The notes under the pieces: model-generated
The model's input: only the letters and a program-made list of their open reading frames with translations
What the model was told of the DNA's origin: nothing
The model's database searches: none
NCBI GenBank assembly: GCA_964016885.1
Contig: OZ024742.1
Span: forward strand, 362,700,001 to 362,764,000
DNA length: 64,000 bases
Direction: 5' to 3'
Source: Eledone cirrhosa
Lineage: Eukaryota
Position numbers and translations under genes: made by a program
Shown here: piece after piece, positions 52,696 to 64,000 of the stretch
Layout of the letters: the number at the start of each line of letters is the position of its first letter
Numbering within the stretch: the first letter of the stretch is position 1

Positions 52696-53733
52696 GGGAC
52701 AGAAACAGTCAGAGAAGATATGGGGCAAAAATAATGAATGAATGAAGAAACGCGAATAAAAATATAGTAAAATTATTTTGTACTTCAAAATAAACATTTC
52801 TTTTAAAATACTTCTTTCTCTTGTCTCTCTCTCTACACACAGACATATGCGCCAATAAACACACACACACACGCACACACACACATATATATATATATAT
52901 AGTATTAAGGATACTATTTATGGTTATGTATATAATAAAACCTTTTATAGTAATATATATTTTAAACTCTAAATAGTGAAAGACAGTAATTCATTACTAT
53001 CTTATTACCAGTAAGATAAATAGCTCAATGTAATAACATCAGTTGTTTTACAGAGCAGTTATATAGAAATTATATGAATCAAAGTTCAGTTTAAATCATT
53101 TATTTGCTTACAATTGTTTCCTCCAAACCGAGGTTTGGTTTCTTCGGAGCAACTATTTAGTGATTTTTTACATACTTGACCTTCTTTTGAACACAAGAGA
53201 CATATAAAAACATATGTATATATTGACCCACAGTGGGTTGACATCCATCATAATAATATAGCATGGCAATTTACATACAAAGGTTATAGTCATATTAAAG
53301 GACAAAATTAAAGTTAAAATTAAAATTAAAATAAAACATTGGCAGTTTATGAAGATAAAGCAAGAGGAAAGTTTAGAGTAGTCAGTGTATGAAACAGTCT
53401 CACGTGTGGCAATCACGCGTGTCTTATGTATACAGGATTATAGTGCGGCAGATTGTTACATGTAAAACAAGCAGTTAAAGCAGGCAATCAATAGCAACAT
53501 GGGGGCTGTATTGTTAAAGCATTTTTCACACACATCTGTACGATATATAAGCCCGTTTGTAGAGAAACACCAAAAATATCAAAAATATTACAAATGAGAC
53601 GCAAAACAGCACCACTGTCCTCGCACCCCCCACCACTCACACAATCCAGGAAATGCTATTTATAGACTACATGTCCATCACACAATCCACGATGATTCAA
53701 CATTCAACAATTATGTAAAAAATCACTAAATAG

Positions 53734-53782
53734 TTGCTCCGAAGAATCCAAACCTCGGTTTGGAGGAAACAATTGTAAGCAA
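53734..53782 (+). ncRNA. Minimal type-I hammerhead, CCGAAGA core; copies at 57965-58013 (+) and 53104-53152 (-)
   Basis: TTGCT-CCGAAGA-aTCCAAAC ctcg GTTTGGAg-GAAA-CAATTG-TA-AGCAA: perfect 5-bp stem I, 7-bp stem II, palindromic stem III. Confidence 0.7.
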
Positions 53783-54031
53783 ATAAATGATTTAAACTGA
53801 ACTTTGATTCATGTAATTTCTATATAACAGCTCTGTAAAACAACTGATGTTATTACATTGAGCTATTTATCTTACTGGTAATAAGATAGTAATATATTAC
53901 TGTCTATCACTATTTAGAGTTGAACATATATATAACTATAAAAGGTTTTATTATATACATAACCATAAATAGTATCCTTAATACTATTAACTGCTCCATA
54001 CTGTTGAGCTGACGTACAATAAATTACCAGT

Positions 54032-56447
54032 ATGCTGATCAAAGACCAACTCCCTATGTCAACCAAGAACATACCAATACCACCCAAAAATACATATGAA
54101 CAATTATTGATCGACAGTGTAAACTTCTTTATCAATAGAGTGAGACGGAGGACATTCCATTATCATAAAAACAAATCTAGCAAGGTCAATAATACTAACA
54201 AATTTGACTCCTTCGGCTTTAAAACCTTTAGAAGCCCCCCTCATAACACACTACTAAACTCCTTTGAAAATGACCTAATTAAACTAGTTAAGAATATTAA
54301 ATACAAAAAGCACCGTAATAAAAACAACACCTTCTTAAACAAACTTAGCACCTCTATTAATGATTTCAAAACTAATAATAAAATTATTGTACATGCGGAC
54401 AAAACATATACAGCCTAGATTATAATACATATAGAAAGTTTATATATAATGAACTACATAAAAGCTACAAGAAAACCACTATGAAAAACTTAGAAGATAT
54501 TAATATGGAAGGCTATAATATAGTGTCCAAACTAGGACACCAGAGACATACACAACCATATGCCCCCCCCCTAGATTCTCTCTGAAGGACCATAAGGAGG
54601 ACTTCATTAGCAACCCCTCGATTAGACTCATCTGCCCTTCCAAGTCTGACATTGGCATTATCAGTAAGAACATTTTAGATAAAATCATCCCACAGATTAA
54701 ACACAAGATATACCGTAAACAATGGGGAAATACGGGTGAAGTGATTGAATGGTTCAAAGATATCAAGGATAACAAGGATAACAAATTTATTCAATTTGAT
54801 ATCAATTCATATTACACCTCTATTTCCCCTATCCTATTAAATAAGGCACTTATCATGGCCATGGACAATAGTGACCTGACTAAACCCCAGATTGATGTCA
54901 TAATTGCGGCCCGTAAAACACTAATCACCTTTGAAGACCAATTATGGACCCGCAAAGATACGCAAAACAACTTCGACATAACCATGGGATCTAGTGACTC
55001 GGCGCAGGTCACTGATTTAGTCGGCCTATATTTACTTAACGAAATCCATAATGACCTTCCATACCTCAACGCTGGTTTGTACCGCGATGATGCACTTCTA
55101 CTTATAGATTATAAAAAATTCAATATAGAAAGAACTAGAAAACTATTGCACAAGACATTCAAAAACTATAACCTTAGTATTACCATGGACAAACACACTA
55201 AAAACGTCAACTTCCTGGACGCCACCCTCTACCTAGACTCAATGATATATGCACCTTTCCACAAACCTAATGAAAAACTCATTTACATAGATACCAAGCC
55301 TAACCACCCTAGATCTATATTAAACTCTATCTCTAAGGGAGTATCTAATAGAATCTCTAATCTATCCTATGACGTAAACATATTTAACAAAAACTCACAA
55401 TATTATAATCAGGCATTAGCTAGATCAGGCCATAATATAGAGATCGAGTTCCTACCTACAAAAACACATAGCTACAACATTATTTCGCACAACATGTCCA
55501 TGAGAAAATTTAGTAATAGGAATAGAAACCACACACACACTAATAGGGACGATACCAACAAAGGTAACCCACACCACAGAAATTACCATAGTACCATAAA
55601 AGGAAACGACTCACCAGACATATAAAACAAAAATAGAAGAAGAAATAATACATTTTTCAACCCTCCTTTCAATCTAAACGTCTCTACCAACCTACCTAGG
55701 GCTTTCTTCTCACTACTAGATAAAAACTTCCCATCCGGCCACAAGTACCATAGCCTTTTAAACAAAAACACTATTAAAATCTCCTACTCTACTACGCCTA
55801 ACATAGCATACCACATAGCTCGTAGCAATAAAAGAAAAATTAATTCTTACTTCCAACAAACTAAATCACAACAGACGATAAACCTTCAAAATAACATTAT
55901 AGCAACTAACCCTAATATCAATAGAAATAATAGTAATAGCACTAGTGTAAACAATAACGCTGGAAACGACAACCCACATAACCATAACCCTATAGCTACC
56001 ATCCAGACTTCTACACAACATAATAACCGGCAGACTAACACCCAGAATAATTGTAACTGTAGATCAAATAGAATCTGCCCTTTAGATAAAAAAATGCTTA
56101 ATCAAGGATATCATATACTCATGCACTGTCACAACTAACAACTCTTCTGAAACCTATATAGGCTCTACTTCTAACTGCTTCAAAACTAGATACAATTCGC
56201 ACCTCCACTCTTTCAAAAACACAGTCTAGCCAACTCCACTTCACTATCTAGCTACATACACTATCTAAAAACTAAAAATAAACCATATACACTTAAATGG
56301 GAAGTGATAGGTAATGCGACATCGTACAAACCGCCTAATACATTTTGTAACCTCTGTCTACTAGAGACCCATACTATCATCTTCTCTAACCATAACCTCC
56401 TTAATAAAAAGTCAGAAGTGTTCGCGTCTTGCCAACACCGCTTCTGA
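54032..56447 (+). pseudogene. Naiad-like PLE RT + GIY-YIG, several frameshifts and stops
   Basis: STKNIPIPP, ADKT, QFDINSYY, MGSSDSAQVTDLVG, GLYRDD, FFNPPF, CNCRSNRICPLDK, YIGSTSNCFKTRY, CNLCLLE. Confidence 0.88.
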
Positions 56448-58074
56448 AACTCTTTCCAAAACTTTAAACCCAATATATAACAATGTCAGACTTGAACCCT
56501 TCACCACCTCTAGCAACTAGCATCAGGGGCACACCTTACACCTCATCTCCACACCCATTAATCCACTTTAACGCAAATAGTGACACCCTCATAGTACCTT
56601 TTACCCTAGAGATATCCCCATGTACTTCTACTTTTGGTATATTGGCCTTGAATTACTTGGACTACATTGCACTAATACATAATTAATGTAAACTGTAGGC
56701 ACTGAATTGGTTGTGCTAACATTGTCCTGTGCATGGAGTGCCACCATAGGATAGATAGAAGATTAAGTAATTAATTTATTAAAAGGGCTATATATTCTAT
56801 ATGCTGAGTACATTGAATTATGTACAGGTGATATATGAGTTATGAGTATATGTATGGCTTGATGGCCAGATTAGTGTCTTTGTATGAGAGAATTGATCTC
56901 TAGACCACCCTGGTGATATTTAACTTTGCCATGCATTCAGACATACAATGACCCAGAGCTCACCGGGAGTCATATATAGTAATAAGACCCTGCCAGGTTC
57001 TGCGGGTGGACTACACTTACACAGATCATTGATTTGGAGGTCTGACTCTTCTTGTAGAATGTTCGGTTGTGGCACTCCATGATAGAAGGTAATCATCCTG
57101 ATATGAACACCTTTAGTACTTCTTGATAGACTAGACTGTAATTTATAGATTAGATACTTAAATTTAGAAATTGTTTATAACCTTATATGATAGGGACTCA
57201 TTTGAAACACCATTAATGTACTTTAGGATAATAAATTTAACTATGGAAATCAGCTAGTTACCTCCCCTTACGCATTAACTCCCCTTAATCACACACACAC
57301 TTCCGGAATATAATATAATGTCATCTCTCACAACAAAAACAACCTGATCTATGAATCGAATTAAGGAACGACAAGCTATGATTTATAACATGGTTCACCA
57401 AGCACCCAATGTTGAATCATCGTGGATTGTGTGATGGACATGTAGTCTATAAATTGCGTTTCCTGGATTGTGTGAGTGATGGTGGGTGCGAGGACAGTGG
57501 TGCTGTTTTGCGTCTCATTTGTAATATTTTTGATATTTTTGGTGTTTCTCTACAAACGGGCTTATATATCGTACAGATGTGTGTGAAAAATGCTTTAACA
57601 ATACAGCCCCCATGTTGCTTTGATTGCCTGCTTTAACTGCTTGTTTTACATGTAACAATCTGCCGCACTATAATCCTGTATAAATAAGATACGCGTGATT
57701 ACCACACGTGAGACTGTTTCATACACTGACTACTCTAAACTTTCCTCTTGCTTTAACTTCATAAACTGCCAATGTTTTATTTTAATTTTAATTTTAATTT
57801 TAACTTTAATTTTGTCCTTTAATATGACTATAACCTTTGTATGTAAATTGCCATGCTATATTATTATGATGGATGTCAACCCACTGTGGGTCAATATATA
57901 CATATGTTTTTATATGTCTCTTGTGTTCAAAAGAAGGTCAAGTATGTAAAAAATCACTAAATAGTTGCTCCGAAGAAACCAAACCTCGGTTTGGAGGAAA
58001 CAATTGTAAGTAAATAAATGATTTAAACTGAACTTTGATTCATGTAATTTCTCTCTCTCTATATATATATATAT

Positions 58075-58485
58075 GTATTTAGTGTATATTGTATAAAATA
58101 TAATTTAGAGATATATCAGATGAAAGAATGGTATTTAACTAATCTATTGGTATGCGATGGGGCCCACCCACAGCCCCGGCGGACAGAATGGAGAAGGCGT
58201 TTCCCCGGTGGACGGCAAGGAAGACGCGCTGGAAAAGCCACTCCAACTCGCGGGGCTCACACCTGCAGCTGGTCAGCTCAGCGCCTATGGTGGTGAATAA
58301 GCAGGTAGCCCTGGGGCCGAGGACACCAGAAGTCTCCACTGCCAGGGGAAACAACTGCAAACCTGTCGGAGAGCGACAGGTATTTGGGGTGTTTGGCCCC
58401 TTCAACCCGACGTGCAGCAGAACCTGGGTCAGTCGCAGACTGCACCAGGTTGCGGCTGCTGAAAATGTCGGTGCACGTGGCATCC
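58075..58485 (-). mobile_element. CRE-clade retrotransposon 3' fragment within (TA)n
   Basis: FPLAVETSGVLGP...LEWLFQRVFLAVHRGNAFSIL; paralogous to 45365-45640. Confidence 0.72.
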
Positions 58486-58486
58486 C

Positions 58487-58517
<31 letters not shown>

Positions 58518-58723
58518 CGCTCTTTCCTACGTTATTCTACACACTATACATCTCAATCTACATTCACTTACATCCCTCTCTCCACCACCGGATTGTGTTA
58601 CCCGGAGAATTACCCATCTGCACTGTTGAGGCTTCCAAAACGACCTAAAGAAAATATATCTTATTATTCCAGAATGCTTCAAGCAAACTTCAATACTCTC
58701 TTATATATATATATATATATGGG

Positions 58724-58792
<69 letters not shown>

Positions 58793-59140
58793 AAACAAGG
58801 ATAAAGAGAGGGAGTGGAAGAGAAAGGAAAAGAGAGAGGTGGTTGGCTGGGAGTAATGAGTTGAAGAGTATAAAACATATTTAAAGATGAAATTCTGTCA
58901 TTCGAAATATTGATTTCAACACCTACCAAGCTTTCTTATTTCCCCCTATCTTTCACACACACACACATACACACCCACACACACACGTGTGTGTAGTGTA
59001 TGTATGGTTTGGTAACTCCTGGTGGAGTCGTAGGGGCGTAGTATTGGTATATTGCGTTTCTAGGGCATTTTTTTGAAATCTGACAGAACCCATCTCGTCT
59101 CCAGTTCTGGATACAACATATTTCTTCCAGAGAAAGATAA

Positions 59141-59259
<119 letters not shown>

Positions 59260-59453
59260 GAGAGAACAGAAGTGATAAAGGAATATAGAGGAAGTATTGA
59301 GCCCAGTACTACACTGGTGATCTTCTTGTCGATCTCGAATGGATGAAATGCGAAGTTGACCTTGGTTGGATTTGAACTCAGAGAGTTCAGGGAGCTGAAC
59401 GATTACAGCAATACATTCTATCCGACGTTCTAACTACTTTTCCACTCACCGCC

Positions 59454-59509
<56 letters not shown>

Positions 59510-60322
59510 GCAGACACCCACACTATCTCTTCCGTCTTACCCAATCTCTCTCCTCTCTTTCCTTCTTCTTCTCTATCTACCTCTCTCTTTTCCTCTACCA
59601 CTTTGTCCTATTTTACTCCTTGTTTCTTATCTAACCGCCTATTTCTCCCCCTCCCAATGATACTCTTTCTCTCTGTCTCTTTTAATTCCTCACTCTTCTT
59701 CCTCTCCTCTCCTTCATCTCTCCAATTATCTCACGATCCGTACACCATCCATCTTCCAATCTCACTATTTTCTCCCCTTCTCTTTCACACATTTCAATTT
59801 GTCCAATTTTAACCCCAGTTCCTCTTCTCACCTCCGACCTATCTCTTTCACTCATTTCTCTCTTCTTTCTCCTCTAACTCAATATTTCTATTCTTTTATA
59901 TCTGAATCTGTTTATTACCTGCTTGCTTGTTTGTTTATAATTCATATTTCCACATTTCGTATCTGCACAAAACTTACCCAACAAAACTAGTTTCTTCAGC
60001 AATATTTTTCTTTATAATCTCATTTCACTCTCTTCCATATTATTTTCACACATACTATGTCTCTCATTGATTGTCTTCACGTTAGGAATCTTCTTTAATT
60101 TGTTTCGGCTTAAATATTATTTTATTTCATTACACTAAATGCAGCGATTTACCAGATTGAAAATGCATCGTCATTTGTAGCGTCCCACTCCGATTCTACG
60201 TCGATAAATAAAGTTCCAGGACAGAGGTCGATCTTCCCTCGGTCTGAGAGAAATTTTCTGTGCACAAACTTGGAGAGTGGATGGGATCCGCTACGTTTAA
60301 AACTCCCAAGGCACTTTGTGTA

Positions 60323-61305
60323 TACGAGGGAGGGTCTCTTTACATTACCTTCACTAATATATTCCCAAGATGACTTGTGAGTACGGAGGAGGGTCTCTTT
60401 ACATTACCTTCACTAATATATTCGCAAGATGACTTGTGAGTACGGAGGAGGGTCTCTTTACATTACCTTCACTAATATATTCCCAAGATGACTTGTGAGT
60501 ACGGAGACGCTCTCTTTACATTACCTTCACTAATATATTCCCAAGATGACTTGTGAGTACGGAGGAGGGTCTCTTTACATTACCTTCACTAATATATTCC
60601 CAAGATGACTTGTGAGTACGGAGGAGGGTCTCTTTACATTACCTTCACTAATATATTCCCAAGATGACTTGTGAGTACGGAGGAGGGTCTCTTTACATTA
60701 CCTTCACTAATATATTCGCAAGATGACTTGTGAGTACGGAGGAGGGTCTCTTTACATTACCTTCACTAATATATTCCCAAGATGACTTGTGAGTACGGAG
60801 ACGCTCTCTTTACATTACCTTCACTAATATATTCCCAAGATGACTTGTGAGTACGGAGGAGGGTCTCTTTACATTACCTTCACTAATATATTCCCAAGAT
60901 GACTTGTGAGTACGGAGGAGGGTCTCTTTACATTACCTTCACTAATATATTCCCAAGATGACTTGTGAGTACGGAGGAGGGTCTCTTTACATTACCTTCA
61001 CTAATATATTCCCAAGATGACTTGTGAGTACGGAGGAGGGTCTCTTTACATTACCTTCACTAATATATTCCCAAGATGACTTGTGAGTACGGAGGAGGGT
61101 CTCTTTACATTACCTTCACTAATATATTCCCAAGATGACTTGTGAGTACGGAGGAGGGTCTCTTTACATTACCTTCACTAATATATTCCCAAGATGACTT
61201 GTGAGTACGGAGGAGGGTCTCTTTACATTACCTTCACTAATATATTCCCAAGATGACTTGTGAGTACGGAGGAGGGTCTCTTTACATTACCTTCACTAAT
61301 ATATT
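60323..61305. repeat. 59-bp minisatellite, ~16.7 copies
   Basis: Unit gaggagggtctctttacattaccttcactaatatattcccaagatgacttgtgagtacg, near-identical copies with no spacers. Confidence 0.97.
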
Positions 61306-61468
61306 TTAAAAGAGATGGGAATATGGGACGCTTATCTTTATAATGTAATCCTGCAGGGTTTAGTGGTTATGTGGTCGTCTCAATAACAATCTTGAGGTCA
61401 TGAGTTCGATTTGTGTCAATGAGTTGTGTCGTTGAGCAAGACATTTACATTGGATCAGTCTAAATAAT

Positions 61469-61656
61469 TGATTTTACTTTAGGTACAAGACCAGCAAGGG
61501 GAGAGGAAAGTCGATTAAATCGACTCCCGTGTATTACTGGTGCTTTATTTTATCGATCACCTTAAGGATTTAAGGCAAAGCTAACCTCGGCGGGATTTGA
61601 ACACAGTTATAAAGGGCCGCAACTCTACGCTGTGAAGCATGTCCGACGCTCTATCG
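61469..61656 (-). mobile_element. tRNA SINE nested in a CORE-type SINE (~61355-61820, +)
   Basis: TSD gtctaaataat at 61458-61468 and 61657-61667; same core as 12378-12561. Confidence 0.7.
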
Positions 61657-61851
61657 GTCTAAATAATGAGTTGTATGAGTAATACAATGGTCCAGGCTTA
61701 TCACACTCTCTGTCACGCTAAATTTGCCTGGAAAATACGTTAAGTATAGATGTGTCAGTAGGAACCTTATCCACTTGTGACGTAATTTTACGAGCAGATG
61801 CTCCTTTGACCAAAGATGTGGAATGAACCCATTTACACACCTTCACTCTCT

Positions 61852-61908
<57 letters not shown>

Positions 61909-63761
61909 TTTTATACTGTTGGAATTCTTATGTTTCTTTGATCGTTATCCGCTTGTTTGTCCTACATGGGTACTGCTGTCCTATGAACAAATCGATATGA
62001 TATGCTCCAAAGTTGATTACCCACATGTGGTTGTATATGTATGTTTATATATAGAGAGAGGGAGTATGCGTATGCTGTGTGTGTAGGTAAATAGAGAGAT
62101 TGAATCATTAGCTCTAACAATTTAAATCCAAATCAATTTCTAATCAGACAGCCAGTATTAGTATATATAGGCAATCATGTAGGCACATACACGACAGAGA
62201 AACACACACACATACACTCACACATCAGAGGTATGTGTGTGTCTTTCTCTGTTTTGATTGAGTCTACACTTCTGAGGATCAGATCGATGAAGAAGTCAGG
62301 TCTATCGCATCGGTGACGATCTCGGGTCAATCATCTGTGAAATATTTGTAAGGGTCGAACAACATTTTAACGTGTAACCTATCTCTATATATATCAACAG
62401 ATTGATGAAGCACAATAGATGGATATGAACCAAGAGTGCAAATATCTGAACCGAGAGTGCAAATATCACAGCAATGTTTGCCCGACTCGCTAAATTTGCA
62501 GCCAATCGACCATCATATTACAATATGAAGGGTTAGTAGGGTCATCCGTTTTGAGATATAGCATGACTTGGGCATTTCAAACCTAGACAGCCAATTCCTG
62601 TGTGGCTTCAACCACGGCCCATTTCTTGCAGAGAAATGAAGAGGAAAAATGATATAGAGAGATTGCGGAAGACTTGGCCCCAGAACGAGACTGGTGGTTT
62701 ATTTCTGAAAAGCAGATTTCCCTCGATGAGACTAAGAACTAAACACACTGTAAGTCGGAACAAATACCGAGACAGGTTTAACCTGAGTCCCTAAAGGCTC
62801 CATTCACCGCATTCATCGCCATAAACTATACTTAATTATCGCTTTATATTAATTAGTTGTTGATTCTCTATAATTTACGAAGAATGGTATGTGTATGTGT
62901 ATGTGAGTGAGTATGTGTGTATGTGAGTGTATATGTGTGAGTGTGTGTGAGCGTATGTGCGTGTGTGAGTATGTGTGCTTGTATGCGTGTGTGTGTGAGT
63001 GTATGTGAGTGTGTGTGAGTGTGTGTGAGTGTATGTGAGTGTATGTGTGTGTGTGTGTGTGAGTGTATGTGAGTGGGGGAAGGTGTTTTGAACTTCGGAG
63101 TAAGTTAATATAATTAACGTGAAACTGCATCATATCTCTAATGGTTGTCCACATCTGTTTAATATTGATTCCCTTATAGATACAATGTGTGTAGTAGATT
63201 ATTTCATATAAATATGATTCTGTAATATTCGTGCGCTAACCTACAGTCACCTTATTCATAACAAATGGCTTAAAGTAAGGAAAATTAATTGAAAACTTCT
63301 TCTCCTTATACTACTTATCGATAGTCATAAACAGTTAGTATAATATTTAAATGACGTTTATTGGAAGTCTAAATTGAGAAGACCTAACTTGTAAAATATG
63401 TCGCTTATACAATAAGCCGTCGTCATGTTTCAACACCAACATTTGACCCATGGGTATTTTTAGTTACGTCCACCATGTTACAAGCATTCTGGCTAGGTCT
63501 GTTATTTGAGGTGTCTTCCTTCGCCCCTTAAAACTGTCTCTGAAGCCTTTAAAACAGGCATGGACGCTACACTTCTCTCCTTCATTAAGTATCATCTCAG
63601 AATCCTCATCTATAGCTTCCGGTTCACTAATGCCTTCCTAGCGGAATTTCATACACGAAACTGTCTAAGCCTGTCATGTATATCTCTCTTTCTCTCTCTC
63701 TCTTTCTACCTCTCTCACTCTGCTTCTCTCTCCTCCCTCCCTTTTTCTATCTCTCTCTCTC

Positions 63762-63837
<76 letters not shown>

Positions 63838-63839
<2 letters not shown>

Positions 63840-64000
63840 AACCAGTAAGACCCCGACGGCTGAGCTCAAGCCGTTTCGACGGCTAATTCTGGACTAAATT
63901 TTAGTCCAGAATTAGCCGTCGAAGCGGCTTGAGCTCAGCCGTCGGAGTCTTACTGGTTCCTATTACCCACTCTACTACCCTAAGTATTGAGTACTTTGGC
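63838..64000 (+). mobile_element. Fold-back element after (TA)n, runs off the window end
   Basis: Near-perfect palindrome centred ~63899; same tail as 41240-41280. Confidence 0.75.

Larger units (their letters stand above)
52901..58050 (+). mobile_element. Full-length Naiad-like Penelope element: inverted pLTR + direct 5' pLTR + ORF + 3' UTR/pLTR
   Basis: ~53065-53704 is the reverse complement of 57408-58050; 53712-53985 is a direct pLTR running into the ORF; three hammerhead copies. Confidence 0.9.

Noticed and set aside
56440-56480. TGA after SCQHRF in the Naiad-like element as Sec read-through
   Set aside because: Not an evident conserved Cys position, the element is degenerate, and I could not identify a SECIS by eye.
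60323-61305. Possible CRISPR-like array
   Set aside because: Whole 59-bp units are identical with no variable spacers, there are no cas genes, and the context is eukaryotic.

Overview
AT-rich, microsatellite-dense eukaryotic DNA. The SINE, Penelope and Tx1 repertoire suggests an octopus or other coleoid cephalopod (inference). The only host-gene sequence I recognise is a 45-bp minus-strand exon (13899-13943, DEKNQVLVTNVWLDQ) of a nicotinic acetylcholine receptor-type Cys-loop channel, so much of the window is probably intronic. The rest is mostly retroelements: one apparently intact full-length L1/Tx1 LINE (ORF1+ORF2) stacked with a truncated twin on the (ATT)n tail of a CR1-type LINE, an older Tx1 copy, three large Penelope-like elements (two Naiad-like, one Neptune-like), RTE and CRE fragments, tRNA-derived SINEs, a non-autonomous Helitron and a 59-bp minisatellite. 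The most striking pattern is about 10 short plus 3 long fold-back (inverted-repeat) insertions, nearly all bounded by (TA)n. They share an 'inverted arm + direct arm + unpaired tail' architecture and many carry minimal type-I hammerhead ribozyme motifs, several with a non-canonical CCGANGA core. All calls were made by eye; boundaries are approximate unless stated.
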